DNA from: Proteromonas lacertae
Taxonomy: Eukaryota
DNA length: 64,000 nucleotides
Assembly (NCBI GenBank): GCA_002245135.1
Contig: NGBS01001184.1
Span: 1-64,000 of the forward strand
Reading direction: 5' to 3'
Shown: positions 1 to 13,829 of the stretch, piece by piece
Layout: the number at the start of each line of letters is the position of its first letter
Position numbering within the stretch: position 1 is the first letter of the stretch
Notes under the pieces: generated by a model
Database searches by the model: none
The model's input: the letters and a program-made list of their open reading frames with translations, nothing else
What the model was told of the DNA's origin: nothing
Position numbers and translations under genes: made by a program

Positions 1-1073
1 GCTGCTATTAATTTTGAGAAACATTTCAATATAGAAATATTAGAGAAATCCCTTCAGGTTTACCACCACTTAAACCACCTTCACTTAAATATACATCACA
101 ACTATTAGTGCCAGGTCTAACCTTATCATTAATCATCTATGCAGTTGGTATATCGATTGGTAAAACATTTGCTAGACAATTTGGATATAGAATTGATCCT
201 AATCAAGAGTTAATCGCTGGTGGTTGTGCTAATTTAGTTGGTTGTTGTGTTAGTGCATATCCTGCAGCTGGATCATTGTCCAGAAGTGCAATTGCAGCTT
301 CAATGGGAGCTTTAACACCATTACATAATATGTTTTCAGTTATAATTATTGCATTATCATTGTTGTTCTTTACCTCATTATTATATTCATTACCTCAAGC
401 TGTACTTGGTGCAATTGTAGTTGCTGCTTTTGAGAAATTGATATTACAATTATTAGATACAAGAATATTATATAAACAAACCAGAATCGAGTTTTTTGAA
501 TATATTTTCTGTTTTATAATGACATGTGTATTGACACTCAAATTGGTTTATATAGTGGATTAGGATTAAGTTTTGTAGCAATGATTGGTCAATTAATCTA
601 TGCTTCTGGAGCGAAGAATTTGTGGAATGAAACGAAGAATATTGTTAATATTGATATAGACTCAGAACAAGTGAGTGAATGTACAGTGATTAATATCAAA
701 TTCCATTCATGTCTGTATTATATCAATAAAGAAGTGATATTCAATAAATTATCAAAACATTCCCTACATCACCTATGTTAATGAAATACGTGTTAGATTT
801 TTACTGATTGTAATTTAATTGACAACAGTGCAATGATTATGATTACAGATTTGGTTAAAACAATAATAGAGAAGAATATGACTGTCACTGAGACTGGAGC
901 TTCTGCATTTTTGAATCAACAATTTATTTTATATGGTACTACATTTTCACCTGTATATTTATTAGCGTTTTTATATTTATATTGAATAGGCTGATAAAGA
1001 ACCTGCACCTAGCTCAATATCTGAAGGTGATTTGGTAATGAATGAGAAGAGTTCAATTCTGATGATCCAATAA
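1..1073 (+). CDS. SulP/SLC26 anion transporter, 3' part (TM domain + STAS); contains apparent frameshifts
   Basis: ORF 108-563 has the SulP signature 'DPNQELIA.G.AN...YPAAGSLSRSAI'; STAS-like tail follows; intron ~953-989; stop TAA 1071-1073; frame breaks near 550 and 780. Confidence 0.85.
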
Positions 1074-1496
1074 GCATTATCTTATTGATTATGAATGTTT
1101 TACTTGTTTTATTTGGATTTTGAGTATGGTGACGTGTTACCGTTACGCGTAGGACGGTAATAAATAACACTCTTGTTCTACTTTAAATATCAATTTTCAT
1201 TATATTCTGTAATTATTTATCACTATAAAACTCTTAACATGTTTATGGAATATCACTGTTATTATGGTTGAAGAAATGATTTTATGAATCTATTTCTTTG
1301 ATATTACAACAATGAATTAACAGAAGGTATTTTATGACATAATTATCTCTTAAACAAACTCAAATTTTTAAAAATAAAAAAATCTTTTCGGTTACACATT
1401 ATTGATGAAACACATAACCGTTTCTTTGATTATCAAATCATTTATAAATTACTTTACTAGCATTTTCGTTTTGAAATACATAATTAGATTTAGACT

Positions 1497-1923
1497 ATGG
1501 CTGTATATTATTCAATTTATAGATATATAGGGTTGTGATGTTAGATGTGTTATCCACGTTTGTGGTATAATCCTTTCACTTTGTTACCTTCTTAATGCTA
1601 TTCTCATCATTATTGATTGTCATTCCACTAATTGCATTATATGGATGGTAATTGATATTATTCTCTTCATCGTTGTAGCAGGTTTAGAAGCGACAGAGTT
1701 ATTGGCATGTGCCATCTGTCACTGCCTTGACTGTTGTTTACAATACCTTAAACCAGCAATTTGGAGATTTGTATTTTATTTAGTCTTGAACTTTACTTGG
1801 GGTGGTATTGGAGCAGGTGGTTTTGGATGGATACCAGGAGTTTGTGCTATAATCATGTGTATTCTGTATGGATATCTTGCATTCTGTGAAGGAGGAAGTT
1901 TCCATGTAAATACCAAGACATAA
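1497..1923 (+). CDS. Small multi-TM protein, possibly COPI-associated family
   Basis: ATG 1497, 28-nt GT-AG intron 1503-1530, then an open hydrophobic frame to TAA 1923. Confidence 0.55.
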
Positions 1924-2058
1924 ACTAGTATTATTCTTTTCTTTTGATATTAGAAAATGTTTTGTAGTTGGGGTTGTTAAATAAGTTAAATAGAAATAAT
2001 TCATCTATATATCGCTTATAATCAAGATAAAAAATTCAAATTTTTTAAACGATCAAAA

Positions 2059-3669
2059 ATGTTTCACATCTATATTGTCATATTTATTTTGTTTCTCTCC
2101 TTCAAAAAAGTCAATTCGTTAAGGTTGAGTGGTAAAATAGTCACTCAAGACAGCTGGTATGTTGTAACGAGGTATTGTTTCAAAAGTTATCCAAATATAT
2201 ATGATTCTATTGTATACTCATTTTCTAAATGGTCTGCACCTTACCTTAACAACCTATTCTTATTTAACACCTCCGTTACATTAGATGATATACTGACTTC
2301 CCCTCTATCATGTTATGATAAAATGGAGTTATCTTGGGTATATATTATAAAATATTGTTATAAAATAGACATACTCCAGACATGACAAATACAAAGTAAC
2401 ACCATTTCCTTTATATATGAGATCTGGTGAAGTGCAATGTTTTTTCATAGTAATTGGCAATTGTAATACATCATCACAAAGTAGTATGAGTCAAAGAGAC
2501 ATAGATACAGAGTATTTGTTTCTATTAAGAAATGGTAAGAATGAATGGGATTATGAGTTATCCTATGATGAACGAGGAATGTTGATATTTTCGATATTAT
2601 TCTTTTTAATCGAAATATTTCTAACATTTGGAAGTTTTATGATAAGTAATAATTTAAGAAGAATCGAAAAATATCATCCAACCGTAAAAATCTTAAACTA
2701 TTCAATCTACATACAAGATTGTAGTTGTTTATTTTTACTGTTATATTATTTATTTTACAGTGATTCAGGAAAGATATTTCCATTATTACGATTATTTTCA
2801 TCATTGTTTTATACAATGAGTGAGAGTTTAATAATTCTATTATTTATCTTAATTGTAAAGGTTGGACAATAATTTCGTCGAAAAATCAGTCGAAATGGTC
2901 GAGTTCGAATCTCTGTTTATTACAGTATCTATTTAGGAATATCTATGTTTCAATCCTATATCGAGAAATAATGAATAAACCATATAATAATAATATATTC
3001 TATTATACTCTTCCTGGTTACTTTTTGATGGTATTAAAATTTGTTGTAATAATTTGGTATATATATTCGATATTTACAACCTTTCGTCAAAGTCCTCGAA
3101 AACATCATTTTTATTACAAATTTATCAGTTTATGTATGTTATATTTCCTATTGAATATAATCTTTGTATTATCAATTGATAAAAAGTTCTGAGATGAATC
3201 GATTTTTATATTATTATATAAGTCATTTTGTATTATTATTTTCAATCCAATTTGTGATGTTATTATTATATAATCCAAATACTCACTGCAACAGTTCATT
3301 TCCATTTCATCAACGACTTCATGAAACGTGTGATACAAATATAAATAGTTCAATTGGTAAAGCTAGTATATATATAATATAACATAAAAATAAATATATG
3401 TTAATATATATTAAATAGATATAATAACTGATTTAACCAAAGAACTCAATCGACAATTTACATTATTAAAAAGATGTTTCAAAGGATGTTAGAAAATGTT
3501 TAGGTGAGAATTTGCAAAGTCTTCGTTCTTGTATAATTATAGAAGATGAAATTACTAATGAAGTAACTCAATATTGAATGGAAATAGTGAAAGTAATTAT
3601 ATTGATGGTAGTGTTGATGTGAGAAGAACACCATTTCCTAGTCCTGAATCACATATTTTTGTTTTATAA
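2059..3669 (+). CDS. TMEM145/GPR180-like (intimal-thickness-receptor-like) 7TM protein, copy A
   Basis: Signal peptide, 'SWYVVTRYCF', 'ELSYDERG', 'YHPTVKIL', 'KGWTI.R.KIS' motifs; several single-base frameshifts relative to copy B; C-terminus uncertain (3577 or 3669). Confidence 0.8.
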
Positions 3670-4988
3670 TGCGAATGGTAAATAATAGTTGAGAAATTAA
3701 AATTTATATTTATTTAATACCTTTCAATTCTTTCTTTCATCTACAAATATATATATCAACAAAAATACCAGAGTATTAATTTTAATATTTCTTTAAAAAA
3801 TCATCAACAAAAATAATAATTTTAACAATAAATATAAAACAAAAAATTAAGCTAATTTACTGAGTTGAATTATCATTTTCATCTTCTGATATTCTGTTAT
3901 TACTAACAGTCATAAGATTCTCCATATTGTCTGATATTATCATTGATTTCTGTATGGCTATTAAAGTAGCTCCTAATGATTTATTCATATCTTTAGATAT
4001 ATCTTTTAATAATGTAAATTGTCGATTGAGTTCTTTAGTTAAATCAGTTATTATATCTATTTAATATATATTAACATATATTTATTTTTATGTTATATTA
4101 TATATATACTAGCTTTACCAATTGAACTATTTATATTTGTATCAACACGTTTCATGAAGTCGTTGATGAAATGGAAATGAACTGTTGCAGTGAGTATTTG
4201 GATTATATAATAATAACATCACAAATTGGATTGAAAATAATAATACAAAATGACTTATATAATAATATAAAAATCGATTCATCTCAGAACTTTTATCAAT
4301 TGATAATACAAAGATTATATTCAATAGGAAATATAACATACATAAACTGATAAATTTGTAATAAAATGATGTTTTCGAGGACTTTGACGAAAGGTTGTAA
4401 ATATCGAATATATATACCAAATTATTACAACAAATTTTAATACCATCAAAAAGTAACCAGGAAGAGTATAATAGATATTATATTATTATATGGTTTATTC
4501 ATTATTTCTCGATATAGGATTGAAACCATAGATATTCCTAAATAGATACTGTAATAAACAGAGATTCGAACTCGACCATTTCGACTGATTTTTCGACGAA
4601 TTATTGTCCAACCTTTACCAATTAAGATAAATAATAGAATTATTAAACTCTCACTCATTGTATAAAACAATGATGAAAATAATCGTAATAATGGAAATAT
4701 CTTTCCTGAATCACTGTAAAATAAATAATATAACAGTAAAAATAAACAACTACAATCTTGTATGTAGATTGAATAGTTTAAGATTTTTACGGTTGGATGA
4801 TATTTTTCGATTCTTCTTAAATTATTACTTATCATAAAACTTCCAAATGTTAGAAATATTTCGATTAAAAAGAATAATATCGAAAATATCAACATTCCTC
4901 GTTCATCATAGGATAACTCATAATCCCATTCATTCTTACCATTTCTTAATAGAAACAAATACTCTGTATCTATGTCTCTTTGACTCAT
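2486..4988. repeat. Inverted repeat, arms ~2486-3475 and ~4001-4988 (~1 kb)
   Basis: ATGAGTCAAAGAGACATAG at 2486 is the reverse complement of the sequence ending at 4988; identical peptides in ORFs 2417 (+) and 4446 (-). Confidence 0.95.
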
Positions 4989-5448
4989 GCTTCCATTGTT
5001 TCTATTAAATAATAGAATATTAGATATATAAATACTCAACATCACAGTTACCTATTGTTATAAAATAACATTCTTTCTCTCCTTCATTAACTGGTATACT
5101 AATTTGATCATAAACTAATTTATTATGGTTTGTATAACCAGCTGCTCTATCTACTTTTTCTTTACATGTAAGCGGTTCTTCCAATATATCTTCATATTCA
5201 AATGAAGTAGGAAATAAAAATATATTGTTTAAGTATGGAGCAACTGTGTTTGTAAGCGAATATCTAGTTGTTAAAAATATCAAATAACTATACTGACACT
5301 GCGGTTTTCCTGTTGAATCTTTTTTAAAACAAAAACGAGTGACAATATGCCAAGAATCCTGTGTCTGAAGTACTTCCGATATTCTAGCAGTTTTGCACAT
5401 TGGTAATATGAATAATTGGAAGATGAATAAAAGACTTATTATATTCAT
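3857..5448 (-). CDS. TMEM145/GPR180-like 7TM protein, copy B
   Basis: ORFs 5020-5457, 4446-5045 and 4142-4420 joined by short introns or indels; same motifs as copy A. Confidence 0.8.
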
Positions 5449-5562
5449 TTTCAACAATAAAGTGTCAAACAGGTTTGAAATTAAAAAAAACGATTTATAT
5501 TTTATGTGCAGTAAATGAAATAAGAAACTACAACATATTATTATAGTTTTATTTAAGTATAT

Positions 5563-7054
5563 TTACATTTTCCCCTCCTCTTCATCTAATAATTTACCCT
5601 CCTTTGATGCTCTTTCAATATCTAAAGCGCCACTGCTTTCTGGTAAACAGAAGTACAAATATATTGTACCAAATAATGAAACACCTGCAAAAATACTAAA
5701 AGCAGCTCCAGCACTTGTAGCATTAGCAATTTACTGGAAATCCAAACGATACAGCTATATTAGCAGCATTATTAGAGCTAACAGCAATACTTAAACCAGT
5801 TTCTCTGAATGAAGTGGGGAAAGCTTCACTGGCAATAACCCAAAATAAACATCCTGGACCAAATTCAAATGTCAGCAAGAAAATAACAATTCCAATAATC
5901 GATAATACGCTAATCTTATAGAATTGAGCAAAAGCCATAACAACATTACCAATTGTCATTCCTCCATAGGTTAGAATCATAAATGTTCTTCTTCCAAATC
6001 TATCTAACAAAGGGAAGACTAATAAAACACTAACAAAATTCCAACAACCAACAAATAGGAATGAAGAAACAAGAGGATTGTTTAAACCAGCTGTTTTTAA
6101 GATATCAGTTGCATAATACATAACTGCATTAATACCACTTAATTGAGATATAACTCCAAGGACAATACCAAAAATAATGAACTTGATTTTCTCCTAATTA
6201 GAATTATATTATATTATATATAATATATACTTTTGATGGTAATTCGGTTTTTGCTAATGGTGTTTTATTATCATTATCAGTCAATGTGTCTCTCTTTAAC
6301 CACACATCTGTTTCTTTGGCAAAGATCATTGTTATTAATAAACCTAATCCAACAGTAGCACCAATACCAAACTGGCTTGCCCATTGCCATGTCTCATATT
6401 TTACGATATTACCATCTTTATCAGCATATTCACTCTTTTGAAACACTAAATTAGCTAAATACTATTGATTGTATTATAATATCTATAAATACAGCTGCTG
6501 CTAATCCAAAACATACTAAACACTGATATACTGAGCCAATTCTTCCTCTATATTTATGATTTACAGTTTCAGTCACATATAATGGTCCTAAACAAGAACA
6601 TAGACCAACTCCAAAACCAAGACATGTTCTTAATACAAAAGCAAGCCAATAGTTTCTTACAAATGCTAATGCGATAGGGAAAATAGTGTTTATTAAGCCA
6701 GCAATTATTAATCCCTAATTAAGTATAAAAAATGCAACATATCAATACCCATTTTCTTCCTAACTTGTTTCCAATTAACATTCCAACTGAAGAAGCTGCA
6801 ATCATACCGAATAACAAAGATGCGGTAAATAAACCCTATTTGTCAAAAAGATAAATATACTATATAAACAGAAAGAGCATCTTTGCTTGCTTTATCATCC
6901 CAATATGTATATTGCACAAGAGACTTGAATAATCCTGATGATATGCCACTGTTATATCCTAGAGATAGACCACACCAGGCATTGATCAATACTATATTTA
7001 TAACTTAAAAATAATACTAGGAATGATGTTGTTGATAATTGGCTCAAAAAACAT
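5563..7054 (-). CDS. MFS sugar porter family transporter
   Basis: 'SQLSGINAVMYY', 'DRFGRR', 'GPGCLFWVIASEAFP..R', 'PES' motifs; four short introns; apparent +1 frameshift near 5730. Confidence 0.9.
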
Positions 7055-7376
7055 TTTTTTGAAACACAGATGATAAAAAATGGCTATGCTGATAAAGAAT
7101 TAGTTTTATCAAGTATTACTGGTTACAGATTTTGTAATTAGTCGATCATAAATATTTTTAAGTAAAATTATGAAAATTAGTTTTGATTTGATCTATTTTA
7201 TGATGAATATAGAATAATTCAGATTAGTGTAATAGATTGACGTTTAATAAATTTTGATTTTTTAATACAAAAAGTCAGTAAATTGATAGTTTTGAAAAGA
7301 TCGTCCGATATTAGGGTCAAAGACCACAATTTGGAATTTATATCTTGATTGTTTTTGACTTATTCTTTGAGTAAAA

Positions 7377-9749
7377 ATGAACGGTTACGATGTATAATTA
7401 TTGGAATCTATTCTAGCCATCGCAATGGAAGCCTACTGATGCTGAAAAATCATATTATTCAACTTTGTTCTTTTTCGCTGATAAGAAACATCAAGGTTTC
7501 TTAGGTGGAAATGATGCAGTTGGATTTTTATCCAAATCAGGTGTAGAAAGAGCAAAACTGAAAGATGTTTGGGCTTTAGCTGATTATGGAAATACAGGCC
7601 AATTAGACGAAGATGGTTTCATGAGAGCTTGTCGATTAATTGGTGTATTACAAGCAAAGAAAGAATTAACTCCAGATGCAGTATTTCTCTATATTATAAT
7701 TAATATTTTATATTGAAATAGTTAATGAAATATGCAAATGATGATATTCCACTTCCACTATTTCGTGGAGCACCGCCTCCACCAAATCGTAAAAATGATC
7801 CAGAACCAGAATTCATACCAATATCACAACAAGCCCCACCTCCACCACCCCCAGAACCAGAACCAGTTGCACCATCGCCATCTGCAGCAGCTGCACCACC
7901 AGCACCAACTCCACCAGCAGCATCTCCAATGCATCCAGGAGCAGCAGCAGCAGGAGCTCCACCAATGGGACCATATTCCACTACTGAAATGGAAAGAGAG
8001 AATTACAAAATGGTATTCTATCAACAAGACATGGATAGAGATGGATTTATAACAGGTGGAGATGGTGTTCAATTCTTCCGATTATCAGGATTACCTGATG
8101 CAATCTTAGGACAAATATGGAATTTAGCGGATATAGATCAAGATGGTAGATTAGATATGGCTGAGTTTATAGTAGCAATGCATTTAATATGTTGTGCAAC
8201 TCAACGTGGACTACCAATTCCTCCAACTTTACCAGCCGAATTAATACCACCATCTAAAGCTAATTTAGCAAATCCAGTAGCTAAAAGTTTGAATAAAACA
8301 ATTGATGATTTTGCAACTGGTTTAGTAAGATCCAGATCCGCATCAAGAGCAGATGCATCTTTAACACCAACAGCTCCACCACCTCCACCACCACCATCAA
8401 TGGGTGGAGGAATGGTTGCACCACCACCTCCACCACCTGCAGCAGCAGCAGCTATGCCAGCAATGCCAAGTAATACAATGGTAGGAGCATCAGGTAATTT
8501 AGGTGTAGATATTGCACAACAAGCACTAGCTACGCAAACACAAACAGCAATGGCATTAGGTAATATAGCTGAAGGATTACAAGGAAATAAGAATAAATAT
8601 GATCAACAATTACAATTGATTGAGAAGAGATTAGCTGAACAACAAAGAACAATAGCTCAATATGTGGAAAGAATTCAATCACTTCAATTAGAATTATATG
8701 ATTTAAGAGAAACTTATAGAAAGAAATCTGATGAAGTATTACAGAATCAACATATTATAACTGAATGTGCTATATTATTATCAGGTTTATCCCAAGAAAG
8801 ACAACAAAATAACTTAGAAGAAGAGAAGTTGAAGATAATGAAAGATAGAACAGAATTTACAAAGACTATGTTGAATTATGGTATTGATGATAAAGGTTTA
8901 GTTCCACCTAATCCATTAGATTATGCACCATTAGATTCTATCCCAAGACCACCACCTGCTGGAACACCTGTTGTACCAAGTATGATGCCTGGAGCTAGTA
9001 GACCAGCTCCACCACCACCAGCACCATCCAGAGCAGCACCTCCACCACCACCTCCACAACAACAACATCCACCAGTTGGTGGTAGTGTACCAGCTCCACC
9101 TGAATTCGCACCATTCCCAGGATCTGAACCAGCTGATGCAGGTGGATTTGCTCCATTCCCTGGTTCTGATGCACCAGTTCAAGAAGCAGGTTTTGCAGCA
9201 TTTCCAAGTGATGATACACCAGCTGCACCTGATGCTGGTGGTTTTGCAGCTTTCCCAACTGAAGATACTGATGCTGGATTTGCAGCATTCCCCGCAGATG
9301 ATGGAGCAGCTGGAGGAGGTTTTGAAGCATTCCCAACAGAAACAACATCATCACCACCAGTTAAACCAACAGCGCCACCACCACCTCCACCAAGTAGAGC
9401 ACCTCCACCACCACCACCACCAAAGTCACCACCCAAATCACCAAGTAAAGCAGAAGCAGATGCTGGATTTGGAGCATTTCCATCTGATGATGCTGGAGCA
9501 GATGAAGGATTTGGTGCTTTTCCAACAGATGATGCTGGAGCAGGAGATGAAGGATTTGGAGCATTCCCAACAGACGATGCAGCAGGTGGAGATGGAGGAT
9601 TTGGTGCTTTTCCAACAGATGATGCAGCTGGAGGTGATGATGGAGGTTTTGGTGCATTTCCCACTGATGGTACAGGAGATGATGGAGGTTTTGGAGCTTT
9701 CCCAGCTGATGGAGGTGATGATGGTGGTTTTGGTGCATTCCCATCATAA
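7377..9749 (+). CDS. Eps15-like EH-domain endocytic scaffold (2 EH domains, coiled coil, Pro-rich and FGAF-repeat tail)
   Basis: Two EH domains ('LKDVWALADYGNTGQLD', 'LGQIWNLADIDQDGRLDMAEF'), coiled coil, polyproline tracts; two short introns. Confidence 0.88.
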
Positions 9750-9992
9750 AAATACCATTATAATAAGAAAATAAATTGTGTATATATTATTTCATTGTTT
9801 TTATTTTACTATGGTTTGTTTTTTGTGAAAAATGAACAATCTTGAATTGTTTGATGTATTTTATCATTGAAAAGTACATAAATGAAAGGCAGTATAACAT
9901 TCATGTCAATTTAGCATGAAAATATGATTTAAACATATCTTTTTGTGTAAAAAAGTTTGTATAAAGCTTGAGATAAAAATCAAAATTAAAAA

Positions 9993-11491
9993 ATGAGAGT
10001 GTTAAAAGAGACTAGTGAAAATGGGTATATCATAAATTAATTATATTCTGTAGATTATATTCAAAAATACTAAATGAAGGGTATAACGATGTAGTTTTGT
10101 TGATCGAAAATGAAGAAATAGCTTCAATTTCATCAATTTTATGTGTATCAAATTCAAGATTAAGAACTATAATAAAAGATAATAATGCTGATACAAAAAT
10201 ACAACTGCCTGACCATATCACAAAGAAGGCGTTTTCTTTGTTATGTAATTACTATGGATATGGAATAATTGAAATAGATGAAGAAAATGTATGTGAATTG
10301 TTATTATGCTGTATTTGTTTAAATGAAGAGAATTTACTCTCAAAATGTAAAATTTTTATATTATCACACCAAAATGAAACACTTGTGATGGATATATTTA
10401 AACTAATGAAATATATTCCAGACAATTATTTAGAAGACATAAAAACAACAATTGGAAATTACATCAGAATGAATTGCATTTCAATGTTAGATAATAATGA
10501 AATATTTAAGTCTATGCATCTTGATAGTTTTAAAATCATTATAACCCTTGATAATCTATTGGTTCCAAGTGAGAAGTATTTGTTGGATAAAATATTAAAA
10601 CATTATAATGAGAATATTGACAATATAAGAAATGCTGATGAAAAAGATGAGAAATATAATGAAATTATGAAATATTTAAATTGGAGAAAAATTGATATTC
10701 GTGAAGTTGATGAAAAGGTTTTAGATATAATAGATCTGAATATAATAAAGAAAAGTAAAGTAGAAAAACCAATAAAAAGAAAATATGGAAGAATTCCTCA
10801 AACTGATAATGAAGTATTGAATAGGTTTATATTAAATGGAATGAAAGATATTGATTTAATTAAAGGTATGTTTTGTATATTATTATATATTGTATATAAT
10901 AGATGAGAATTTTGTATATATATTATCAACAGAAAATATAAAAGATGAAATTAGTATTTATTTACAAGAAAGTAAATATTTGATTGAGATAATTACAATA
11001 TTGAGAATAATTAAGAAACTGAATATAAAAATGAGTGAATTAACACTAGATGATGAAGATATAGAAAATATAACAGCATATTTAATAAAAGAATATGAAG
11101 AAAATGAAGAAGAAAAATCAATGATTGTAGAATGTTTATCGTTTTTCTTTGATGATAGTATATATTTCTTTAATCATATGTTTTAGAATCGGTTATTGAA
11201 TCAATTCGTAAATCTCTAAGATATGCAATACTCACTGATATATTAAATAGTGAAACAATTGAAGATAAATCAAGCGTTATTGACTATGTAAAGAGTAATG
11301 TAGATGATGATAAAAGACAGATGATAAGTTCTAAGATTAAGAATGAAGAAATTAGGAAAATAATATTATTTAATATAATATTATCAGGATCAGCTAATCG
11401 TCATGATGAAGAAGAAGATCTAAAACCAATCAGATCAAAAACAGTTGTAAAAAAAGGAAGAACAACAAGAATAAATAATTATTATTGGTAG
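9993..11491 (+). CDS. BTB/BACK-domain protein
   Basis: 'ILCVSNSRLRTII', 'IEIDEENVCELLLCCICLNEENLLSKC', 'LLVPSEKYLLDKILKH' resemble BTB-BACK; three introns. Confidence 0.7.
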
Positions 11492-11617
11492 TTTCTATAA
11501 AATTGGTAGTGTATCTTAAATTATTTTCATTGTATTATTTCTCTATCTGTTGTTTTTGAGAAAATTAAAAAATTCCATCAAATCAGAATCAAGTTTGAGT
11601 CAATTATTTTTATAAAA

Positions 11618-12463
11618 ATGTCAAATAGAATAATTCAAAGGCGTTTAAGAGCATTACAATATCCATATTTAAATGAATTTGACCTAAATAGTACATTGTG
11701 ATAATTAATCTATAGATAAACAAACTATAACAAAATTTGTTAGTTGGTTGGAAGATACTGTAATACGAAAATATGAACCTGAAGATAGAGCCTTTATAAA
11801 ATCATATGGTGATATGTGGGAAAGCGGATTTAAAAGAGTATCAAAATCCATTTATACATGATAGTATATGAGTGAATTAGGTTGTGATTTAGTAAAGTGT
11901 GATGTAATAGATATTGAAAAATGTTTGTATTGGTTGACTTCTTTAGCAGTAGAAATGTTATATGAAGATAATAGTGAAGAATATAATAAAGAATATGAAT
12001 ATAATCTCCCAAGTGATTCTTCGCCAGATGTTCTTGAACAAATACATAAATTAGCAAATGCTTTGAGTTTGCCATATTTTGATGAAAATCCTGTTCATAC
12101 TTTAGATGTACTAATATATTTCATATTATGAATAGAGTATAATTCAGATGTTGCAAACATCAGCAAAAATTACAAAAAAGAGTGATGAAGAGGTGAAAAG
12201 TGAAGAATATGATTTATCCACATTCCATCTTGGATTTACTACAAATAGTATTTATATAAAGTGTTATTTTATTATAATAGATCCAAAATTGGATAAAGCT
12301 GCCTTAATATTGAGAATGATGTATATTTCGCAACAAAGAGAATTGCAAGATTTAGCAAATGGTATTTTAGCAAATATTCAGGTATTTATTAATATTATTG
12401 GTATTATAGAAATACACATACAATCCAAAGACAAATGCTTCATTGGGAGTTGTTGGTCGATAA
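11618..12463 (+). CDS. RTRAF: RTRAF/C14orf166 (CGI-99)-like tRNA-ligase complex subunit
   Basis: Spliced product has 'RRLRALQYP', 'FVSWLEDTVIRKY', 'LDKAALILRMMYISQQRELQ..N.IL..IQ..T.NPKTNASLG.VGR'. Confidence 0.85.
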
Positions 12464-12583
12464 TTTTGTTTTAAATGCATTATATTTACTATTTTTGGTT
12501 ATAATTTGTTGTTATTTTGATTAAAAACAATATGAATAAAATGAAAATTGAAATTCTTTATTTCAAACCTGTTTGTCATTTTT

Positions 12584-13711
12584 ATGTCTTTTTTGCGATT
12601 TTCTCGTTATACAAAGAATTTAAGATGTCAATTTACATCTAAAATTCTAAAGAATCAGATAAGAATGTTTTCAGAAAAGCCAACTCTACTATCTCCAAAA
12701 ACAATAGCAAGAATAGAAAGAGAAAAGAAGTTATCATCTGGTACTAAAATTAAAGATGACTTTACACTCGCTGGTGGTGATGGCAAAACAAAAGCTGAAG
12801 ATGATAAAAGTCTTTTTGTAATTTTATTGAAACCAGGTATTTCTTAGAAAGTCTATTATTTATAGCACTTATATTAGCATGTGTATGTGGAACAATAGGA
12901 TTTTTCGTTTATAAAAGTCATATTGAAGGTAAATTACAAAAGCAAGTAGTAGAAGAGATTAATAGCAGAATAACGTTATCAGCAAGTGAATGTTATGATT
13001 TAGCAGATAATGATATGGAGTATAATTACTTCTATATATTTAAAATAGTTTAAATAAATTTGCTCAAATCCAAGATAAATTATCAGCTTATGAATCAACA
13101 GGAATATCAAAAGAAGAAGCAATGAAAATAATAGAAAGTGTAATAAACCCATTAAAATATCCATATTATTTCGATCGTACGTTTGATCAATTTGCATTAA
13201 GATATAATAATCAAATACCAATAGATATTATTAAAGTATTTATAATGCACATGATGAGAGGAAGTACTGATAATGTGGGTAGATTGACAACAATATATTC
13301 ATTATATTCAAAGTATAATATCAATTATAAATATATATATATAGAGGAGAATCAATGACAAAGAATGAATTTATTAAAGTAATTGAATTGCTAAACCAAA
13401 CCAGTAATTTCCCAACTCAATTTTTGGTTAAAAAAATCAAAGCTTTTCCTTTTCCTTCATTTGCAGAATATACTTCACCAGAATTATGTGATGAAGCGAT
13501 AAGTTTATATCGTAAGACATATAAAGATATTGAGAAGAGATATGAGAATAGATTAAAAAGACATGAGAAAGATATTAATGTGTTTGTTCCACCCAAACCA
13601 TCATTACTTGTTGATGAAAATTCTATTTCTTTGAATCAATATTTAGAAATGTTGTTAGATCGTCCATTATGTATTTGGGGAGCTTGTTTAGAAGATGATT
13701 ATTATTATTAA
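12584..13711 (+). CDS. Hypothetical protein with mitochondrial-type presequence and one TM segment
   Basis: Arg/Ser-rich N-terminus 'MSFLRFSRYTKNLRCQFTS', hydrophobic stretch ~12870-12910, three GT-AG introns linking the ORFs. Confidence 0.6.
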
Positions 13712-13829
13712 ATTATTTTGGTTGTTATTTTTTTGATTTATTGTTTTAATATTTGTAATTATGATAAGGAAAAAAAAGAAATTTATTAATTAATAATTAC
13801 TTAATAAATTTTAATTATTATTTATCTTA

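Noticed and set aside
2850..3200. Programmed frameshifting, editing or pseudogenisation behind the frame breaks (also ~550, 5730, 39320, 59840, 63064)
   Set aside because: Mostly single-base indels in short homopolymers or repeated regions; consensus error is more parsimonious. Needs a read-level check.
7700..9774. Overlapping alternative-frame and antisense ORFs in the EH gene (also in PIP5K, PABP and the auxilin-like genes)
   Set aside because: Shadow ORFs produced by low-complexity, codon-biased sequence.
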